Positions 37,762 to 48,648 of a stretch of 64,000 nt of DNA are shown one piece after another (the stretch's first letter is position 1; each line of letters opens with the position of its first letter). The notes under the pieces were generated by a model. It made no database searches. It was not told the DNA's origin and saw only the letters and a list, made by a program, of their open reading frames with translations. The stretch lies in NCBI GenBank assembly GCA_024408295.1, contig JAKSVE010000004.1:396-64395 (forward strand), read 5' to 3'. Position numbers and translations under genes: made by a program. The stretch comes from Bacilli bacterium. Lineage in GTDB: Bacteria; Bacillota_I; Bacilli_A; RFN20; CAG-826.

Positions 37762-40272
37762 GTGGCAAATTTTATTGAAAAGTTGTTCCGTATCGAACAA
37801 AGAGAATTAAACAAGTACTCAAGAGAAGCTGACAGAGTCATGGCTTATGACGAGGAGATGACGGCTTTGACAGATGAGGAACTCCAGCACAAGACAGTCG
37901 AGTTCAAAGAAAGACTCGCTAACGGAGAATCAATCGATGAACTTAAGTACGAAGCATTCGCAGTCGCTAGAGAAGCTGGCTGGCGTGTCCTTCACCAGAA
38001 ACCATTCAAGGTTCAGATCATTGGCTCATTAGTCTTACATGGCGGCAACGTCGCTGAGATGAAGACCGGTGAAGGTAAGACCTTAACCGCTACAATGGCA
38101 GTCTATACCAACGCATTAGTTGGCAAAGGCGTTCACGTCATTACAGTTAACGAATACTTAGCATCCCGTGACGCTGAGTGGATGGGACAGATCTATCGCT
38201 GGTTAGGCTTAACAGTCGGTGTTAACCTCGCTTCCAAGTCAACAGCAGAGAAGAGAGAAGCATATGCATGTGACATCACATACACAACCAACTCAGAATT
38301 AGGTTTCGACTACTTAAGAGACAACATGGCACCAAATCTTCAGGGCCGTGTCTTAAGAGGACTCCATTTCGCTGTCGTTGATGAAGCTGACTCAGTCTTA
38401 GTCGACGAATCAAGAACCCCATTAATCATTTCTGGTGGCTCAAAGTCATCAGCATCACAGTACCAGGTCGCAGACCGTTTCGTTAAGATGCTTAAGAAGG
38501 ATGTCGACTTCGAGATCGATGTCAAAGACAAGGCATGCTCATTAACAGAATCAGGAAACGACAAGGCTGAAAGATTATTCGGTGTCACAAATCTCTATAA
38601 CCCAGAAAACGCAGACCTCGTCCACCGTATCCACCAGGCTCTCAAGGCTAACTACATCATGGCTAGAGACGTCGAATACATGGTCGACTCAGAGCGTACC
38701 ATCCAGTTAATCGACCAGTTCACCGGCCGTGTCATGGCAGGACGTGAATATAACGACGGACTTCAGCAGGCTATCCAGGCTAAGGAAGGCGTTGAAATCA
38801 AACAGGAAACAGTCGTCATGGCCACCATCACATACCAGAACTTCTTCAGACTTTACACAAAGCTCGCTGGTATGACCGGTACTGCTAAGACAGAAGAAGA
38901 GGAGTTCATCTCCATCTTCAACATGAAGGTCGTTGTCATTCCAACCAACAGACCAATCCAGCGTATTGATGATCAGGACTTAATCTTTGCAACACATGAT
39001 GCAAAGCTTAAAGCTTTAGTCCAGGCAGTCAAAGAGAGACACGAGAAGGGCCAGCCAGTCCTTATCGGTACTGTCTCCGTTGAATCAAACGAAGAAATCT
39101 CACAACTCTTAACCGCTGCAGGTGTCCCACACGAAGTCTTAAACGCTAAGAACCAGGCACGTGAAGCTGAAATCATCTCTCACGCAGGTGAAAGAGGATC
39201 AGTCACTCTTGCTACTAACATGGCAGGCCGTGGTACCGATATTAAGATCACAAAGGAAATCGAAGAACTCGGAGGTCTCTGCGTCTTCGGTACAGAAAGA
39301 CACGAATCACGTCGTATCGACAACCAGTTACGTGGACGTTCAGGACGTCAGGGTAACGTCGGTTACTCACGTTTCTTCGTCTCATTTGATGACGAACTCA
39401 TGAGAAGATTCGCTCCAGAGAATATCCGCAAGCTCTTCACAGAACAGCTCCAGGAAGAATCATACGAGAACAAGATGCTCATGAACGCTGTCACAAACGC
39501 TCAGAAGCAGATTGAAGGTAAGAACTTCGATACACGTAAGAACTTAAAGGACTACGATGATGTCTTAGCTAAGCAGCGTGACATCATCTACAAGAAGAGA
39601 GACTCAATCCTTTATGCAGAAGATATCGTTGATTTAATCCACGACTTCTTCAAGACATGTGGTGAATACATCGCTGAAAGATCAATCGACACATCAACCG
39701 CAGAAGAACTCATCTCAGGTGAGGCTATCAGAAAGAACGTCGAACCAGCATTCATGGCTCCAGGCTCAATCAATGCTGAAGCATTCGATGGTTGCTCAGT
39801 TGAAGAAGCAGCAGAAGACTTAGGCGAAATGCTTTATGAGTTCTACCTCACAAGAAGAAAAGAATGGTCTACAAAAGAAGCTGATGATGTTGAGAGATAC
39901 ATCTCTCTTAGAGTCATCGACCAGAACTGGCAGGGCCACATCGACACAATGTCACACTTACGTGACTCAATCTCACTCCGTTCATATGCTCAGACCAATC
40001 CTTTGCAGGATTACGTCAACGAAGGCTACGATTACTTCAAGCAGATGAACAACAAGATCGCTCACGATACTGCTCTTAACCTCTGCAATGTCAGAATCCA
40101 GAGAAGAGCACCTCAGCCAGCCCCAGCACCAGCCCCAGCAGTTGAAGCAGCACCTGCTGAGACAGGAACAACCGAACAGTTCCAGTCAAAGGAAGAAATC
40201 AAGGAAGTCATCAACAAGGCTGTTGAGGAATTCGCAAAGGAAACACCTGAAGAATCTAACGACAACGAGTAA
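37762..40272 (+). CDS. secA: Preprotein translocase ATPase SecA
   Basis: GTG start after AAAGGAG. MKTGEGKTL, VDEADSVLVDE, TNMAGRGTDI, and a Pro/Ala-rich C-terminal region. Confidence 0.95.
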   Translation: MANFIEKLFRIEQRELNKYSREADRVMAYDEEMTALTDEELQHKTVEFKERLANGESIDELKYEAFAVAREAGWRVLHQKPFKVQIIGSLVLHGGNVAEMKTGEGKTLTATMAVYTNALVGKGVHVITVNEYLASRDAEWMGQIYRWLGLTVGVNLASKSTAEKREAYACDITYTTNSELGFDYLRDNMAPNLQGRVLRGLHFAVVDEADSVLVDESRTPLIISGGSKSSASQYQVADRFVKMLKKDVDFEIDVKDKACSLTESGNDKAERLFGVTNLYNPENADLVHRIHQALKANYIMARDVEYMVDSERTIQLIDQFTGRVMAGREYNDGLQQAIQAKEGVEIKQETVVMATITYQNFFRLYTKLAGMTGTAKTEEEEFISIFNMKVVVIPTNRPIQRIDDQDLIFATHDAKLKALVQAVKERHEKGQPVLIGTVSVESNEEISQLLTAAGVPHEVLNAKNQAREAEIISHAGERGSVTLATNMAGRGTDIKITKEIEELGGLCVFGTERHESRRIDNQLRGRSGRQGNVGYSRFFVSFDDELMRRFAPENIRKLFTEQLQEESYENKMLMNAVTNAQKQIEGKNFDTRKNLKDYDDVLAKQRDIIYKKRDSILYAEDIVDLIHDFFKTCGEYIAERSIDTSTAEELISGEAIRKNVEPAFMAPGSINAEAFDGCSVEEAAEDLGEMLYEFYLTRRKEWSTKEADDVERYISLRVIDQNWQGHIDTMSHLRDSISLRSYAQTNPLQDYVNEGYDYFKQMNNKIAHDTALNLCNVRIQRRAPQPAPAPAPAVEAAPAETGTTEQFQSKEEIKEVINKAVEEFAKETPEESNDNE

Positions 40273-40283
40273 GAAGGGAATAT

Positions 40284-41397
40284 ATGAAAGAGCTAGTGGA
40301 ATTAAGACAAGAATCCCAAGCAATTGGCAAACTTGTCTCCCAGCTCGGTGATTCTCTTTGACCTCGATAAACTAAACAAAGTTATCGCCGAACTGGAAGA
40401 AGAACAGAACCAGGAGGGTTTTTGGAGCGACCAAAAATCCGCTTTGGCAGTAGTTGGAAAACTCAATGAGGCGAAATCGAAAGTGACCTCCTTAGAGAAG
40501 ATTAGATCCGATTTCAAAGACTTATCAGACCTTTTCGAAATGGTCGATGAATCCGATGAAGAGATGATCGCTTTAATTGAGGAAACAGAAAAAGAACTAA
40601 ACAAAAATATCCATAATCTCCGCAATACACTGTTATTTTCTGGAGAATATGATTCGTTAAACGTCACATTAGAAGTTCATCCTGGCGCAGGAGGAACAGA
40701 AGCTCAAGACTGGGCTGAGATGCTCCTTAGAATGTACCAGAGATGGACAGAACGCCACGGATTTAAATGGCAGGTACTTTCTTATGAAGCAGGTGAAGAA
40801 GCCGGCCTCAAGAGCGCAGCTGTTAAAATTATTGGCCATAACGCATATGGCATGCTTAGAGGTGAGAAAGGCGTTCATCGTCTAGTTCGTATTTCTCCAT
40901 TTGATGCCAATGCAAGAAGACATACATCATTCGCATCCGTTAACGTTGTCCCGGAATTCGGCAGCGTCAGCGATGTTGAAATCGATCCAAAAGATTTAAG
41001 AGTAGATACCTTCCGAAGCGGTGGTGCGGGTGGACAAAACGTCAACAAGGTTTCATCCGCTGTACGCATCACTCACTTGCCAACCGGAATCGTTGTATCC
41101 TGTGAAATTGAACGTTCTCAGCTCTTTAACAAGCAAACATGTATGGAAATGCTCAAAGACAAACTCATGCAGCGCAAGTTAGAGGAAAGAGACGCTAAGA
41201 TGAAATCCATCATCGGTGAGCAGAAGAACATCGAATGGGGTTCTCAGATTAGATCTTACGTATTCTGCCCATACACAATGGTTAAGGATTCGAGATCGGG
41301 ATTTGAGACTGCTGACGTCTTTGGCGTTATGGATGGCGACTTAGATGACTTGCTATATTCATTCCTTGAAGTGGAGGCGAAAAACCATGGCAATTAA
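40284..41397 (+). CDS. prfB: Peptide chain release factor 2, expressed through a programmed +1 frameshift
   Basis: Frame-0 ORF from ATG 40284 (MKELVELRQESQAIGKLVSQLGDSL) ends at an in-frame TGA within CTT TGA C. The +1 frame continues as the track ORF and contains SGGAGGQNVNK. Confidence 0.9.
40356..40362 (+). promoter_or_regulatory. RF2 autoregulatory +1 frameshift site CTT TGA C
   Basis: CTT at 40356-40358, TGA at 40359-40361, C at 40362. GGTGAT SD-like element a few nt upstream. Confidence 0.85.
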
Positions 41398-42352
41398 ATA
41401 CACGAAGAAACAAATTAGAAATGAAATCAAGAACACATTGCTTATTGTTCTAGGTTCGTTCCTTGTTGCGTGCGGCGTAGCTTTCTTCATCGAACCTAGT
41501 AACCTCGTTACCGGTGGTGTCACCACTTTAGGTATTATCATCAACACAGCATTACACTCACTTCTTGGTGACTTCAACATAGTTGATATCGTTGTCTGGG
41601 TTGTTCAAATATTATTGTGGGGTGCTGGATTCTTATTCTTAGGAAAGAGATATGCTATGAGAACTCTCATCGCCTCTGTTTTATTCCCGGCATTCAACAC
41701 AATCCTCTTCAGATTTGTGCAGCCAGCTTTGGTTAACGCAAATGTCGGATTGGAGTTACTATACACTTCAGATACTACCTCCAAATTGCTTGTCGCTCTA
41801 TTCGGCGGATTGTTCGTCGGCGGCGGTATCGGAGTTGCGTACTTAGGAAACGGTTCAACAGGCGGTCTTGATATTATCTCCGCTATCGTTGCAAAACACT
41901 TCGGCATCAAAGAAGGCATTATTGGATTCGCATTGGACGCTGCTTTAGTCCTTGGTGGCTTATTCATATATAAGGAAATGGTGCCTGCCCTCCTTGGTGT
42001 TCTCTCCGCAATCATCATGGGAATCACCATCCAGTTTGTTTATAGCAACACAAGCTCACATGTTATTTTTGAGATTATCTCCGCAAAATGCGATGAAATT
42101 CAGAAATATATCCATGAAAACATGGACCATACAACAACTGAAATCAGCATTGTTGGTGGTTACTCAAAAGAGAATAAGACAATGCTCCGTGCAGTCGTTT
42201 ATCACACAGAGCAGATTGACTTAAAGAAGAAGATTGCCGAAATCGATCCAAACGCATTTATCGTCATTGTCACCGCAAAGGCTATCAAGGGTATCGGATT
42301 TGATCCTTTATACCTTGGCCAGAACGTCAGCAAGGGCAATTCAAAGGAATAA
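41387..42352 (+). CDS. YitT-family membrane protein (DUF2179 C-terminal domain)
   Basis: ATG at 41387 (MAIKYTKKQIRNE). LVTGGVTTLGIII and GSTGGLDIIS repeats typical of YitT. Confidence 0.7.
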   Translation: MAIKYTKKQIRNEIKNTLLIVLGSFLVACGVAFFIEPSNLVTGGVTTLGIIINTALHSLLGDFNIVDIVVWVVQILLWGAGFLFLGKRYAMRTLIASVLFPAFNTILFRFVQPALVNANVGLELLYTSDTTSKLLVALFGGLFVGGGIGVAYLGNGSTGGLDIISAIVAKHFGIKEGIIGFALDAALVLGGLFIYKEMVPALLGVLSAIIMGITIQFVYSNTSSHVIFEIISAKCDEIQKYIHENMDHTTTEISIVGGYSKENKTMLRAVVYHTEQIDLKKKIAEIDPNAFIVIVTAKAIKGIGFDPLYLGQNVSKGNSKE

Positions 42353-42355
42353 AGT

Positions 42356-44335
42356 ATGGATGATTCACACCCATTTAAATTAGTATCCAAATATAAGCCA
42401 ACAGGAGATCAGCCAGAAGCCATCAAGACCATCGTTGAAGGCGTTGAGAATGGCAAAAAACTCCAGGTTATTTTAGGTGCGACCGGAACTGGTAAAACAT
42501 TTACCGCCGCCAATATCATCGCTGCCTTGAATAGACCTACTTTAGTGTTGGTTCATAACAAGACATTAGCTTCTCAGCTCTATGGGGAATTCAAAGAATT
42601 ATTCCCTGAGAATAGAGTTGAGTATTTCGTCTCAAACTTCGATTTCTACCAGCCTGAAGCATATGTCCCTAAGACCGACACATATATCGAGAAGAACGCC
42701 GTCATGAATGACGAAATCGAAATGCTTAGAACTAGCGCTGTCAACTCAATCATCGAGAGAAGAGATACGATTGTAGTTGCTTCTGTTGCTGCAATTTACG
42801 GTTTAAGTGACCCAGAAGAATATCGTGGACTTGTCTTCGAGATCAGAGTCGGTGAGACACTTGATAGAAAGAGATTCTTCTCCCGTTTGGTAGAAGCCCA
42901 GTATTCAAGAAATAACATCGATTTGAATCCAGGTAACTTCAGAGTACATGGAGACGTTATCGATTTAGCACCGTTAGCAACCGATGGCTTCTTCATCAGA
43001 ATCGATTGCTTTGGTGATGATGTTGAAAGAATCCTTGCAATCGATAAGATGACAGGCGAGATTAAACAGACATTCAACACATACCCAATTTATCCAGCAT
43101 ATGACCACGCTTCGACTAGAAAACGTATCGAAGAAGCGTGCATGACAATCGATGCAGAATTGACCGAAAGACTTAGGTATTTCCAGGAAAACGGCAAATT
43201 ACTCGAGGCTGAAAGACTTGAAATGAGAACCAGACAAGACATGGACTCAATGAAGGAATTCGGTAGATGCCCAGGCATTGAAAACTACTCAAGACACATC
43301 GACAAGAGAAAACCAGGACAAAGACCTTGGACTCTTTTAGATTACTTCCCAGAAGACTATCTTTTGCTGATTGATGAATCTCACGCGACATTCCCACAGT
43401 TACACGGCATGTATAACGGAGATAGATCAAGAAAAGAGACTCTTGTTGAATACGGATTCAGACTCCCATCTGCGCTTGATAATAGACCTATGAAATTCGA
43501 AGAATTCGAGGAAGCCGTTCCGGGCAATATCATTTGCACATCCGCTACCCCGGGTGACTATGAACTCGAAAGATGTGGTGGAGTGGTGGCAGAGCAAATC
43601 ATCCGTCCAACAGGACTTCTTGATCCAATTGTCGATGTCAGACAGCCACTAGGTCAGATCGATGACATCATCCACGAAATCAAAGAAAGAATCGAGAAGC
43701 ACGAGAGAGTCATGCTTGTCACCTTGACCATCAAGATGGCCGAGGATTTAACAAGCTATCTCAAGAGTGAAGGAATCAAAGTCACATATTTACACAGTGA
43801 AACCAAGACTCTTGAAAGAACTGAGATTATCTATCAGTTACGTAAGGGTAAATACGATGTTCTTGTTGGTATCAACCTCCTTAGAGAAGGTCTTGATATT
43901 CCAGAAGTCTCTCTTATCTGTATATTAGACGCTGATAAAGAAGGCTTCCTAAGAAATACCCGCTCACTCATTCAGGTTATCGGACGTGCCGCAAGAAATG
44001 CAAACGGTAAGGTTATCATGTATGCTGAGAGAATCACCGACTCAATGAAAGCGGCTATCGATGAGACCAACAGACGTAGATCGATCCAGATGGCTTATAA
44101 CGAAGAGAATGGAATTATTCCTCAGACCATCATAAAGGAAATCAGAGCTCCACTTTCCAATAGCGGTTCAGAAAACGAAGTTAAACAGACCATCTCCAAG
44201 GCGTCATCCAAGACAGAGATTGAGCGTAAGATTAAAGAGCTCGAGAAAGAGATGCGCAACGCAGCAAAGGTCTTTGACTTTGAACGTGCAGCAGAACTAA
44301 GAGACATAATCTTTGAGTTGAAAGCGAGTCTATAA
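42356..44335 (+). CDS. uvrB: Excinuclease ABC subunit B
   Basis: [14 protein letters not shown] box ([11 protein letters not shown]), C-terminal UVR domain (FERAAELRD). Confidence 0.95.
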   Translation: MDDSHPFKLVSKYKPTGDQPEAIKTIVEGVENGKKLQVILGATGTGKTFTAANIIAALNRPTLVLVHNKTLASQLYGEFKELFPENRVEYFVSNFDFYQPEAYVPKTDTYIEKNAVMNDEIEMLRTSAVNSIIERRDTIVVASVAAIYGLSDPEEYRGLVFEIRVGETLDRKRFFSRLVEAQYSRNNIDLNPGNFRVHGDVIDLAPLATDGFFIRIDCFGDDVERILAIDKMTGEIKQTFNTYPIYPAYDHASTRKRIEEACMTIDAELTERLRYFQENGKLLEAERLEMRTRQDMDSMKEFGRCPGIENYSRHIDKRKPGQRPWTLLDYFPEDYLLLIDESHATFPQLHGMYNGDRSRKETLVEYGFRLPSALDNRPMKFEEFEEAVPGNIICTSATPGDYELERCGGVVAEQIIRPTGLLDPIVDVRQPLGQIDDIIHEIKERIEKHERVMLVTLTIKMAEDLTSYLKSEGIKVTYLHSETKTLERTEIIYQLRKGKYDVLVGINLLREGLDIPEVSLICILDADKEGFLRNTRSLIQVIGRAARNANGKVIMYAERITDSMKAAIDETNRRRSIQMAYNEENGIIPQTIIKEIRAPLSNSGSENEVKQTISKASSKTEIERKIKELEKEMRNAAKVFDFERAAELRDIIFELKASL

Positions 44336-44965
44336 ATGAAAAATTACAAGTTCTATATTTTCGACTTTGACGGCACGCTAGTTAACTCATATTTCTCTAT
44401 GATTGATATCTTCAAGCATGCTTTTGAAATGATTGGGGAAACATGTACCGAAGAGCAGACAAAGAGATACATGAGAGGCTCTTTAAAACACGTCATAGAA
44501 GAAAGAAAAATCGAAGGGGCTAACCTCACATTATTCATCCAAGGAATCTTCGAAGGCCTTGATGATCCAACAATCACAATCAATACTGTTCCATATGATG
44601 AGACATTAGAAATCCTCGCAAATTTGCGCAAAAACAATGCAAAAATGGGTATTGTCACCGGAAATAACGTCAACCATGTTAGAGAGATTTTAAAATCAAA
44701 AAACATGGATTCATACTTCGATGCAATAGTGGGAAGCGACAATTGCAAGACGCCAAAGCCTGAGGCTGAACCATTGTTGATGTGTATCGACATGATCCCT
44801 GGATTTGATAAGAAAGATATCTGCTACATCGGCGACTCAAAGAACGATTATCTATGCGCAGTGAATGCCGGTGTGGATGGTTATTTGTTGGATAGAGAAA
44901 ATGAGTATTCCGACTTCGATGGACCAAAAATCACTAATCTAAGAGAACTAATTATCAATCTTTGA
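44336..44965 (+). CDS. HAD-IA family phosphatase (phosphoglycolate phosphatase-like)
   Basis: FDFDGTLVNS and GDSKNDYLCAVNAG motifs. Confidence 0.7.
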   Translation: MKNYKFYIFDFDGTLVNSYFSMIDIFKHAFEMIGETCTEEQTKRYMRGSLKHVIEERKIEGANLTLFIQGIFEGLDDPTITINTVPYDETLEILANLRKNNAKMGIVTGNNVNHVREILKSKNMDSYFDAIVGSDNCKTPKPEAEPLLMCIDMIPGFDKKDICYIGDSKNDYLCAVNAGVDGYLLDRENEYSDFDGPKITNLRELIINL

Positions 44966-45029
44966 TTGCTAAAAGTTCATAACTACACTATATTTATATG
45001 GCTGAAAAGCGTTTTTGGAGGTTAAAACT

Positions 45030-45329
45030 ATGAAATGGTATGACATTGTATTCATCATCATCGCATTAGTCGTTATTGTTTTGAGCTTACTCCAGGGCGG
45101 TAAATCAGAAGGTGCTTCTGGTGCTATTACTGGTGGTGGCCTTAACGTCTTCGCAAAAACTAAAGAGCGTGGTTCAGAGAAGGTTATCTCATGGCTCACA
45201 TTCGGTTGCGCAGTTATCTTCTTGTTCTTAGCACTTCTCATCATGGTCCTTGGCCAGGGTAAGAACGCAGGTGCTGAAGATGCAGAGACAACAACAGAAG
45301 CAATCGCAATGCTCTTCAAGCTCTTCTAA
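45030..45329 (+). CDS. secG: Preprotein translocase subunit SecG
   Basis: ATG at 45030 (MKWYDIVFIIIALVVIVLSLLQGGKSEGASGAITGG). Two TM segments and a Gly-rich loop. Confidence 0.7.
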   Translation: MKWYDIVFIIIALVVIVLSLLQGGKSEGASGAITGGGLNVFAKTKERGSEKVISWLTFGCAVIFLFLALLIMVLGQGKNAGAEDAETTTEAIAMLFKLF

Positions 45330-45346
45330 TCAAAGCAATAATTAAT

Positions 45347-45370
45347 ACCGAGGTTAAGCCTCGGTTTTTA
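45347..45370 (+). terminator. Rho-independent terminator after secG
   Basis: ACCGAGG-ttaag-CCTCGGT followed by TTTTT. Confidence 0.7.
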
Positions 45371-45415
45371 ATTTCCATTAGTGAAATTAATTTTTATAAA
45401 TGTTATCTTAAGCCC

Positions 45416-46210
45416 ATGGAAATAAAAGAATACGTTATCAAAAGGAAAGAGGGGATGATTCAAGAAATCTCCACACTTGATAGACCACCTGTTTTGTCTA
45501 TCATTTCAGTCGGCCACAACCCTGCATCTGAATCTTATATGAAGGGCAAATGCAAGGACTCCGCCGATGTTGGAATCACTGCTATTAGAACTGGTCTAGA
45601 CGAGAGCGCAACAGAGGAAGAACTCCTTGATGTGATTAGAAAGCAGAACGCCGATGATTCAATCGATGGCATCATTGTTCAGCTTCCTGTCCCTGCGGGC
45701 ATCAGAGAATCCTCAATCATCGAGACAATCTGCAAAGAGAAGGATGTCGATGGATTCAGAAAAGACTCCCCATTTGTGTCATGCACACCAAAAGGTATCG
45801 TCGATTACTTAGAAAGAGAAGGATTCAACTTCTCCGGCAAGAACGCTGTTGTAATGGGTAGAAGCAATATTGTTGGAAGACCCATGGCTAAGTTGTTATT
45901 GGATAGAAGCTGCAACGTCACAGTTATTCACTCAAAGACATGTGAGGAAGATAAGAAACTCTTCTTAGCGAATGCGGATTTGATTGTTGTTGCAATTGGA
46001 AAAGAAGCAATCCTCAATTCCTCTTATAAATTAAAGGAAACAGCATGGATCGTTGATGTCGGAATCAATCGTGGCGAAGACGGAAAACTCCATGGAGACG
46101 TAGAACCAAACCTTCCAGTTGCCAAGCAGACCCCTGTCCCTGGAGGAGTTGGTCTCTTAACAAGATTAGCCTTAATCGAGAACGTTCTTGAGGCTTCCAA
46201 GAATAAGTAA
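45416..46210 (+). CDS. folD: Bifunctional methylenetetrahydrofolate dehydrogenase/cyclohydrolase
   Basis: VGHNPASESYMKGK, VQLPVP, DVDGF, GRSNIVGRP, VPGGVG. Confidence 0.85.
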   Translation: MEIKEYVIKRKEGMIQEISTLDRPPVLSIISVGHNPASESYMKGKCKDSADVGITAIRTGLDESATEEELLDVIRKQNADDSIDGIIVQLPVPAGIRESSIIETICKEKDVDGFRKDSPFVSCTPKGIVDYLEREGFNFSGKNAVVMGRSNIVGRPMAKLLLDRSCNVTVIHSKTCEEDKKLFLANADLIVVAIGKEAILNSSYKLKETAWIVDVGINRGEDGKLHGDVEPNLPVAKQTPVPGGVGLLTRLALIENVLEASKNK

Positions 46211-46215
46211 ATGAA

Positions 46216-46255
46216 AAGTGCCCATCAGCAATAGTTGAGGGCACTTATCTTTTTG
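46216..46255. terminator. Candidate bidirectional terminator between the convergent folD and the 46256 ORF
   Basis: AAGTGCCC ... GGGCACTT stem with a 15-nt loop. T-run on the plus side and A-run on the other. Confidence 0.5.
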
Positions 46256-46582
46256 TTAGTTGTTCTTTGTTACGATAGAAGAAACGATATCGGTGTTGAT
46301 GATTCTTGTTGTTTTCTTTTCTTCGAGTTTAATCCAATTGTCTTCAACTGCGACTAACTTTCCGCGGAAGTTTTCTCCTTCTGCTGTAACAACCTGAACT
46401 TCTTTTCCGATGAAGCTTCCAATTAATTCGTTTGACATGATCAATTCTCCGTTTTCCCTGCGTTTTGCGATGATTCTTCTTCTTTGCCTTGCAATTCTTA
46501 GACGTCTGCGTCTAGCGTTTGCAGCGGCTACGCTGGCGGCTATAATGGCCGCGTTAGCGCCTGCATTAACTGCCACACTCAT
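46256..46582 (-). CDS. Small hypothetical protein: Ala-rich hydrophobic N-terminus, poly-Arg tract and a small beta-rich C-terminal domain
   Basis: 108-aa ORF starting 4 nt after the upstream gene's stop. The alternative internal start at 46438 (MSNELIG) would remove the Arg-rich part. Confidence 0.4.
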   Translation of the reverse strand: MSVAVNAGANAAIIAASVAAANARRRRLRIARQRRRIIAKRRENGELIMSNELIGSFIGKEVQVVTAEGENFRGKLVAVEDNWIKLEEKKTTRIINTDIVSSIVTKNN

Positions 46583-46585
46583 ATA

Positions 46586-47332
46586 TTAGATATTAGTGAT
46601 ATTTGCTTCACTGACAGGCTGAGCTTCGATTGCTTCAACTTCAATTGGAGTCTCCTCGACCTTAGCCTTCTTTTCTTTCTTTGCCTTGATTGCCTCTCTA
46701 ACTGCTGTGATAGCGTAGACAATACCAATCAACACAAGGATGCCACCAATGATGATCAAGATGATCTGCTGGAAGCTGTTTCCACTGTTGATGTAGACAA
46801 AGACGAATATTCCTAATCCAATTAAGATAGCGCTGAAGACGTAGTAGCAGATCGCGATGAATGGCTGATAAAGCTTTGCGATTAAGAATCCTGTTGCGAA
46901 GAGGATAAGTGTTCCTCCGATAACAAGAAGGATAACTCCTAATGCGTTTCCTGCGACAGCCATCAATGTTGAGATGATACCGATTCCCTGAGCGAACAAT
47001 ATGATCATGATGATACCAACGATGATTTGGACTGCTCCTGAAAGAATCATGTCTGTTCCAAAGTATCCTCTGAAGATTGCCTTCTTTTCTTCATCGAGCT
47101 TTCTAGCAAGGACAACAGGGATGAAGTTCATTACGAGTTTTCCTGTTCCCATTAAGATGATGAAGATGCCGACGATCAAGAAGATGCCTTTCTGCAACCA
47201 TTCTTTTCCTGAGAAGATTATTGATACAACGCCACCAGCTATGAATAGCAACGATTCGACGATGTAGATGATTGTTGATGCTAGTGAGCCTTTGGCAAAG
47301 CTCATAGGCTTATACATTTCATTGTCTTCCAT
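46586..47332 (-). CDS. Multi-pass membrane protein (possibly DUF308/HdeD-like)
   Basis: 248-aa ORF with about 6 Gly/Ile-rich TM segments in pairs and a charged C-terminal tail. Confidence 0.5.
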   Translation of the reverse strand: MEDNEMYKPMSFAKGSLASTIIYIVESLLFIAGGVVSIIFSGKEWLQKGIFLIVGIFIILMGTGKLVMNFIPVVLARKLDEEKKAIFRGYFGTDMILSGAVQIIVGIIMIILFAQGIGIISTLMAVAGNALGVILLVIGGTLILFATGFLIAKLYQPFIAICYYVFSAILIGLGIFVFVYINSGNSFQQIILIIIGGILVLIGIVYAITAVREAIKAKKEKKAKVEETPIEVEAIEAQPVSEANITNI

Positions 47333-47421
47333 ATAAAACCTCCGTTTTATGTATTAATTATTGCGGTATTTTATTTATAAGTCTATAAAATAGAACTCGA
47401 AGGAAAGTGGAGGATATAAAT

Positions 47422-48648
47422 ATGAAGAAATCAATCCTTAAATCTTACGCAAAACTTATTGTTAGAACCGGCGTTGCAGTTAAAAAGGGACAGCCAGTTT
47501 TAATCAAGACTAACGTAACAAATGAAGAGTTCACCGCAATGGTGGTCGAAGAATGCTACAAAGCAGGTGCAACAAAGGTTGTTGTGGAATGGGGATCAGA
47601 AGCTGTTGCTCGTGTGAACTATAAGCACGGCAAAGAAAAATATCTCAGCCAGCTCACCCCAATGCAGATTGCATCACAGCACTGGCAGAACGATGAACTT
47701 CCATGCATGATTTGGCTCGATTGCGATGATCCAGACGGCATGGCAGGACTCGATATGGAGAAAGTCGCTAGAGTCAGCTCATCATTAAGAAAGCAGATTT
47801 GGCCAATCAGAGTCTTAAGAGAGAACAAGTACCAGTGGTGTATCGCTGCATGCCCATCAGAAGCTTGGGCTAAGAAGGTATTCCCTGAATTATCAAAGAA
47901 GAAAGCAGTGGAAGCTCTTTGGGCGGCAATCCTTGAATGCTCTAGAGCAGCTGATGGAAACGGTATCGCTAACTGGGATGTTCATAACGAGAATTTCAGA
48001 AGCAAATTCGAATATCTTAACTCACTTGATTTAAGAGAACTCAAATACAAGGCTTCCAACGGCACAGACCTAAAGGTTGGATTAATTCCAAACATGACAT
48101 TCTTAGGTGGTGGAGAAAACACATTAGGCGGCATTTTCTTCCAGCCTAACATCCCAAGTGAAGAAGTCTTCACAACTCCTATGAGAGGGGTAGCTGAAGG
48201 CATCGTCTATTCATCAAAGCCATTATCATATAACGGTGTCCTCATCGAGAACTTCTCTGTCAGATTCCATGAAGGTAAGGCAGTTGAAGTTCACGCCGAA
48301 AAAGGAGAAGAGGCTCTTAAGAGCATTCTCACAATCGACGAAGGTTCAGCATACTTAGGCGAGTGTGCTTTCGTTCCATATGAATCACCTATCAACCAGA
48401 CAGGATTATTGTTCTACAACACATTGTTTGATGAGAACGCAGCATGCCACCTTGCATTAGGAAGAGGCTTCTCAAATCTCTATAAGGATTTCGAAAAGTA
48501 CACAGAAGAAGAACTCAAGAGCTTCGGTGTCAATGACTCATCATCACACGTCGACTTCATGATTGGCACAAGAGACATGTCCATCATCGGAGTTGATGCT
48601 AATGGAGTCGAGCACAAGATCTTTGAAAACGGAACCTGGGCGTTCTAA
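47422..48648 (+). CDS. M29-family aminopeptidase (PepS/AmpS-like)
   Basis: ATG at 47422 after GGAGGA. LKSYAKLIVRTGVAVKKGQPVLI start and C-terminal HVDFMIG motif, typical of M29. Confidence 0.8.
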   Translation: MKKSILKSYAKLIVRTGVAVKKGQPVLIKTNVTNEEFTAMVVEECYKAGATKVVVEWGSEAVARVNYKHGKEKYLSQLTPMQIASQHWQNDELPCMIWLDCDDPDGMAGLDMEKVARVSSSLRKQIWPIRVLRENKYQWCIAACPSEAWAKKVFPELSKKKAVEALWAAILECSRAADGNGIANWDVHNENFRSKFEYLNSLDLRELKYKASNGTDLKVGLIPNMTFLGGGENTLGGIFFQPNIPSEEVFTTPMRGVAEGIVYSSKPLSYNGVLIENFSVRFHEGKAVEVHAEKGEEALKSILTIDEGSAYLGECAFVPYESPINQTGLLFYNTLFDENAACHLALGRGFSNLYKDFEKYTEEELKSFGVNDSSSHVDFMIGTRDMSIIGVDANGVEHKIFENGTWAF

